A stretch of DNA of 37,623 bases from Octopus bimaculoides (taxonomy: Eukaryota), in assembly GCF_001194135.2 (NCBI RefSeq), contig NC_068985.1, positions 4,311,191-4,348,813 on the forward strand. Direction: 5' to 3'. The notes beneath the pieces are model-generated. The model saw only the letters and a program-made list of their open reading frames with translations. It made no database searches and had not been told where the DNA came from. How positions within the stretch are numbered: position 1 is the first letter of the stretch; each line of letters begins with the position of its first letter. Positions 35,151-37,623 of this stretch are shown here, piece by piece. The position numbers and the translations under genes are program-made.

Positions 35151-35717
35151 ATTTAAACAAGTTTAAAGCGGAATTTATAGCCGGCTTGACCGCAAACCTC
35201 CAAATTATGGCCTGAAAACATAAGTGGTGTAGTGGACTAGTGAAACTGTACACCCCTCTCACGTGACGAGTGGAATGATTCAGTCCCTATAAGTAAAGTG
35301 ACGTCGGCCAGTATCGAAAGAGTAGGTGTATACTGTGATGATAGTCGTGTCTGTACTGATATAGTAATTGTACTATGGTACTGAGTGGACGGTGTAACGA
35401 TCCAACCTTTTGAGGATAATAATACTGTACGACTAAGGGCCGTACAGTGCCATAAGAGAAAGATTCTATTGACGACTTCGGAATATAACAATATCTGTCA
35501 TAGCAACAACCGTCGGACAAAGATAGATACAAGAATAAGATCCTGGGAAAACGTGCCCACAATCCGCATTTGATTGACGTTTAGAGCAATTTGAATTCGT
35601 GTAGTTCGACCTCTTCAGAACCAGACAAGCACTTCCAATCTTCTCCATCATTTTCTGTTAAATAAAAACTTGACACTGTTCAGCAATTTTATTTTATCTT
35701 TAATTTTTTTATTTTTT

Positions 35718-36052
35718 TACCCGTTTTGGTCATCAGTTGCGGTCATGCTGGAGCACCGCCGCCTTGGAGAATGTTTTAGCCGAATGAATCCACCCCAATA
35801 CTTATTCTATCGGTCTTTTTTGCTAAATCAAGGGGATGTAAATACATCAACACCGATTGTCAAGCGATGGTGGAGGATAAACACAAACAGACACACGTGT
35901 CTGTTTGTTTATACGAGGAGGGGCTTCTTTTCAGTTTCCGTCGAGCTAATCCACTCACAAGTCGAAGACACTTGTCCAGGGCGCTACACAGTCAAATTGA
36001 ACCCGGAACCATGTGGTTAGGAAGCAAACTTCTCACCACACAACCCCGCCTA
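35718..36052 (-). mobile_element. Near full-length SINE-A
   Basis: gcggtcatgctggagcaccgcc ... acccggaaccatgtggttaggaagcaaacttctcaccacac. Confidence 0.9.
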
Positions 36053-36139
36053 CGTTTCTATCTTTTCTACGTTGCTCACAACACACTGCTTCCTGTTTCT
36101 CGAAATGATTCTATTTATTTGGAAAATCAACGTGTGCGT

Positions 36140-36156
36140 ACGCACGTGTACATATG

Positions 36157-36200
<44 letters not shown>

Positions 36201-36259
36201 NNNNNNNNNNNNNNNNNNNNNNNNNNNNNNNNNNNNNNNNNNNNNNNNNNNNNNNNNNN

Positions 36260-36317
<58 letters not shown>

Positions 36318-36350
36318 GTATACACACACAGATATGTATATATTAATGTA
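36140..36350. repeat. (TA)n microsatellite spanning a gap
   Basis: Directly visible. Confidence 0.95.
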
Positions 36351-36837
36351 TGTATGATCAGATCACTTAGAAGTAAATACGTATTTATAGGAACACGGTA
36401 TGAAGTTCCTTCCAATGCAACGTTTTGTTCGAAGTAAATAAATTATAGACATCGCTTCAAGTGAATTATAAAATCTGGTCTGTTTTGCAGATATTGTCTT
36501 TACTCTGTTCTGTACATACACATACACACACACACATACACACACACACATACATAATGTATATATAGAGAGAAAGAGAAGCAGAGAGAGAAAGAGAAGC
36601 AGAGATAGAAAGAGAAGCAAAGAGAGAAAGAGGTGAGGGGCAGAGCTATCTATAAACGTTAGATAAAATACATACAGGAAAATCGATTGAGTGGAATGTA
36701 ACCCTTCCATGGATATTTTCAATCTGTAAACCTCACTTAGAAAACATTATTTCCAGTATTCAATTTCTGTTCTGAATTCAAGACCTAGAGAGGCCAACTT
36801 TGCCTTCCATTTTTTCCGGCATCAATATAGTTAGCAC

Positions 36838-37020
36838 TAGAAATGGTTTGTTTGCGTCCCGGTAACTTAGCAGTTCGGCAAAAGAGCCCGACAGAATAAG
36901 TAGTAGGCTTACAAGAAATAAGTCCTGGGGTCGATTTCTCCGATTAAAGTCGGTGCTCCAGCATGGCCACTGTCTAATGACTGAAACAAGTAAAGAAAAA
37001 AGAATAAAAAATAAAGAAAA
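36838..37020 (+). mobile_element. SINE-A 3' half
   Basis: gtaacttagcagttcggcaaaagag...ggtgctccagcatggccac...gactgaaacaagtaaag. Confidence 0.88.
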
Positions 37021-37084
37021 CAGGATTCCTTATAAAATATTCAATTGTAAAAATATAAACAGATTTTTTAAAACAAGGAACGGT

Positions 37085-37157
37085 TAAGGGGTCCATCCGA
37101 GTAAATTAGGGATCAGACGGGGTCCACAGGTGAGAAATGGTTGAGAGCGGCTGGTCT
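37085..37157 (+). mobile_element. hAT-type MITE end fragment
   Basis: ggggtccacagg...aaatggttgagagcggctg resembles a hAT MITE 3' TIR region. Confidence 0.4.
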
Positions 37158-37241
37158 AATTAATAAAACATTTCCTTTTAAAGCCCGAAGGTATTAGAAA
37201 TGTCGGAATGATAGAAACGTCTCGCGGTATATGATCTAGTT

Positions 37242-37500
37242 CAGTGGTTCCCAACCTGGGGTCCACAAAGGTAGCAATGGGGAAGGCGGCGAGCTGGGAG
37301 AATCGCTAGCAAGCTGGGAGAAATGCTTAACGGGATGTCATCTGTCTTTACGTTCTAAGTTCAAATCACGCCGAGGTCGATTTTGTTTGTCATCCTTCCG
37401 TGATCGATAAATTAAGTACCAGTTGCGTACTGGGGTCGATCTAATTCACTGGCTCCCTTCCCAAAAAAATTTCAGGTAGTAATGAGGGTCCGTGAACTAA
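37242..37500 (+). mobile_element. hAT-type MITE 5' end interrupted by a SINE-B (37283-37473)
   Basis: cagtggttcccaacctggggtcc is a hAT-like terminus. The SINE is flanked by an imperfect TSD, aggtagcaatgggg / aggtagtaatgaggg. Confidence 0.7.
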
Positions 37501-37540
37501 ATTCAAAATCTATATATATTATATATGTGTGTGTGTGTTA

Positions 37541-37569
37541 CAATAATAATAATAGTAATAATAATAATG

Positions 37570-37623
<54 letters not shown>
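37541..37623. repeat. (AAT)n microsatellite
   Basis: Directly visible. Confidence 0.98.

Overview
AT-rich eukaryotic genomic DNA with ten N-gaps and abundant microsatellites. The tRNA-derived SINE families look like those of octopus (coleoid cephalopod), which is recognition from memory rather than a database hit. No complete host gene is visible, so the window is intergenic or intronic; at most there is a candidate microexon and a candidate terminal exon. It is a retroelement graveyard containing two CR1-group LINE relics, a split RTE LINE, a Penelope-like RT relic, three Tx1/L1-type gag-like ORF1 pieces, mariner relics, MITEs and about 20 SINE copies (called SINE-A, -B and -C here). Three observations stand out. 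(1) A ~430-bp foldback element occurs at three loci and combines a central tRNA-like Pol III head with minimal Penelope-type hammerhead ribozymes on both strands; two copies share the same asymmetric centre junction. (2) An apparently ORF1-only Tx1/L1-like element with a 5'UTR mini-intron sits inside a SINE tRNA head between exact 15-bp target-site duplications. (3) The SINE-A tail matches the 3' end of the CR1-group LINE within the window. Coordinates of decayed repeats are approximate.
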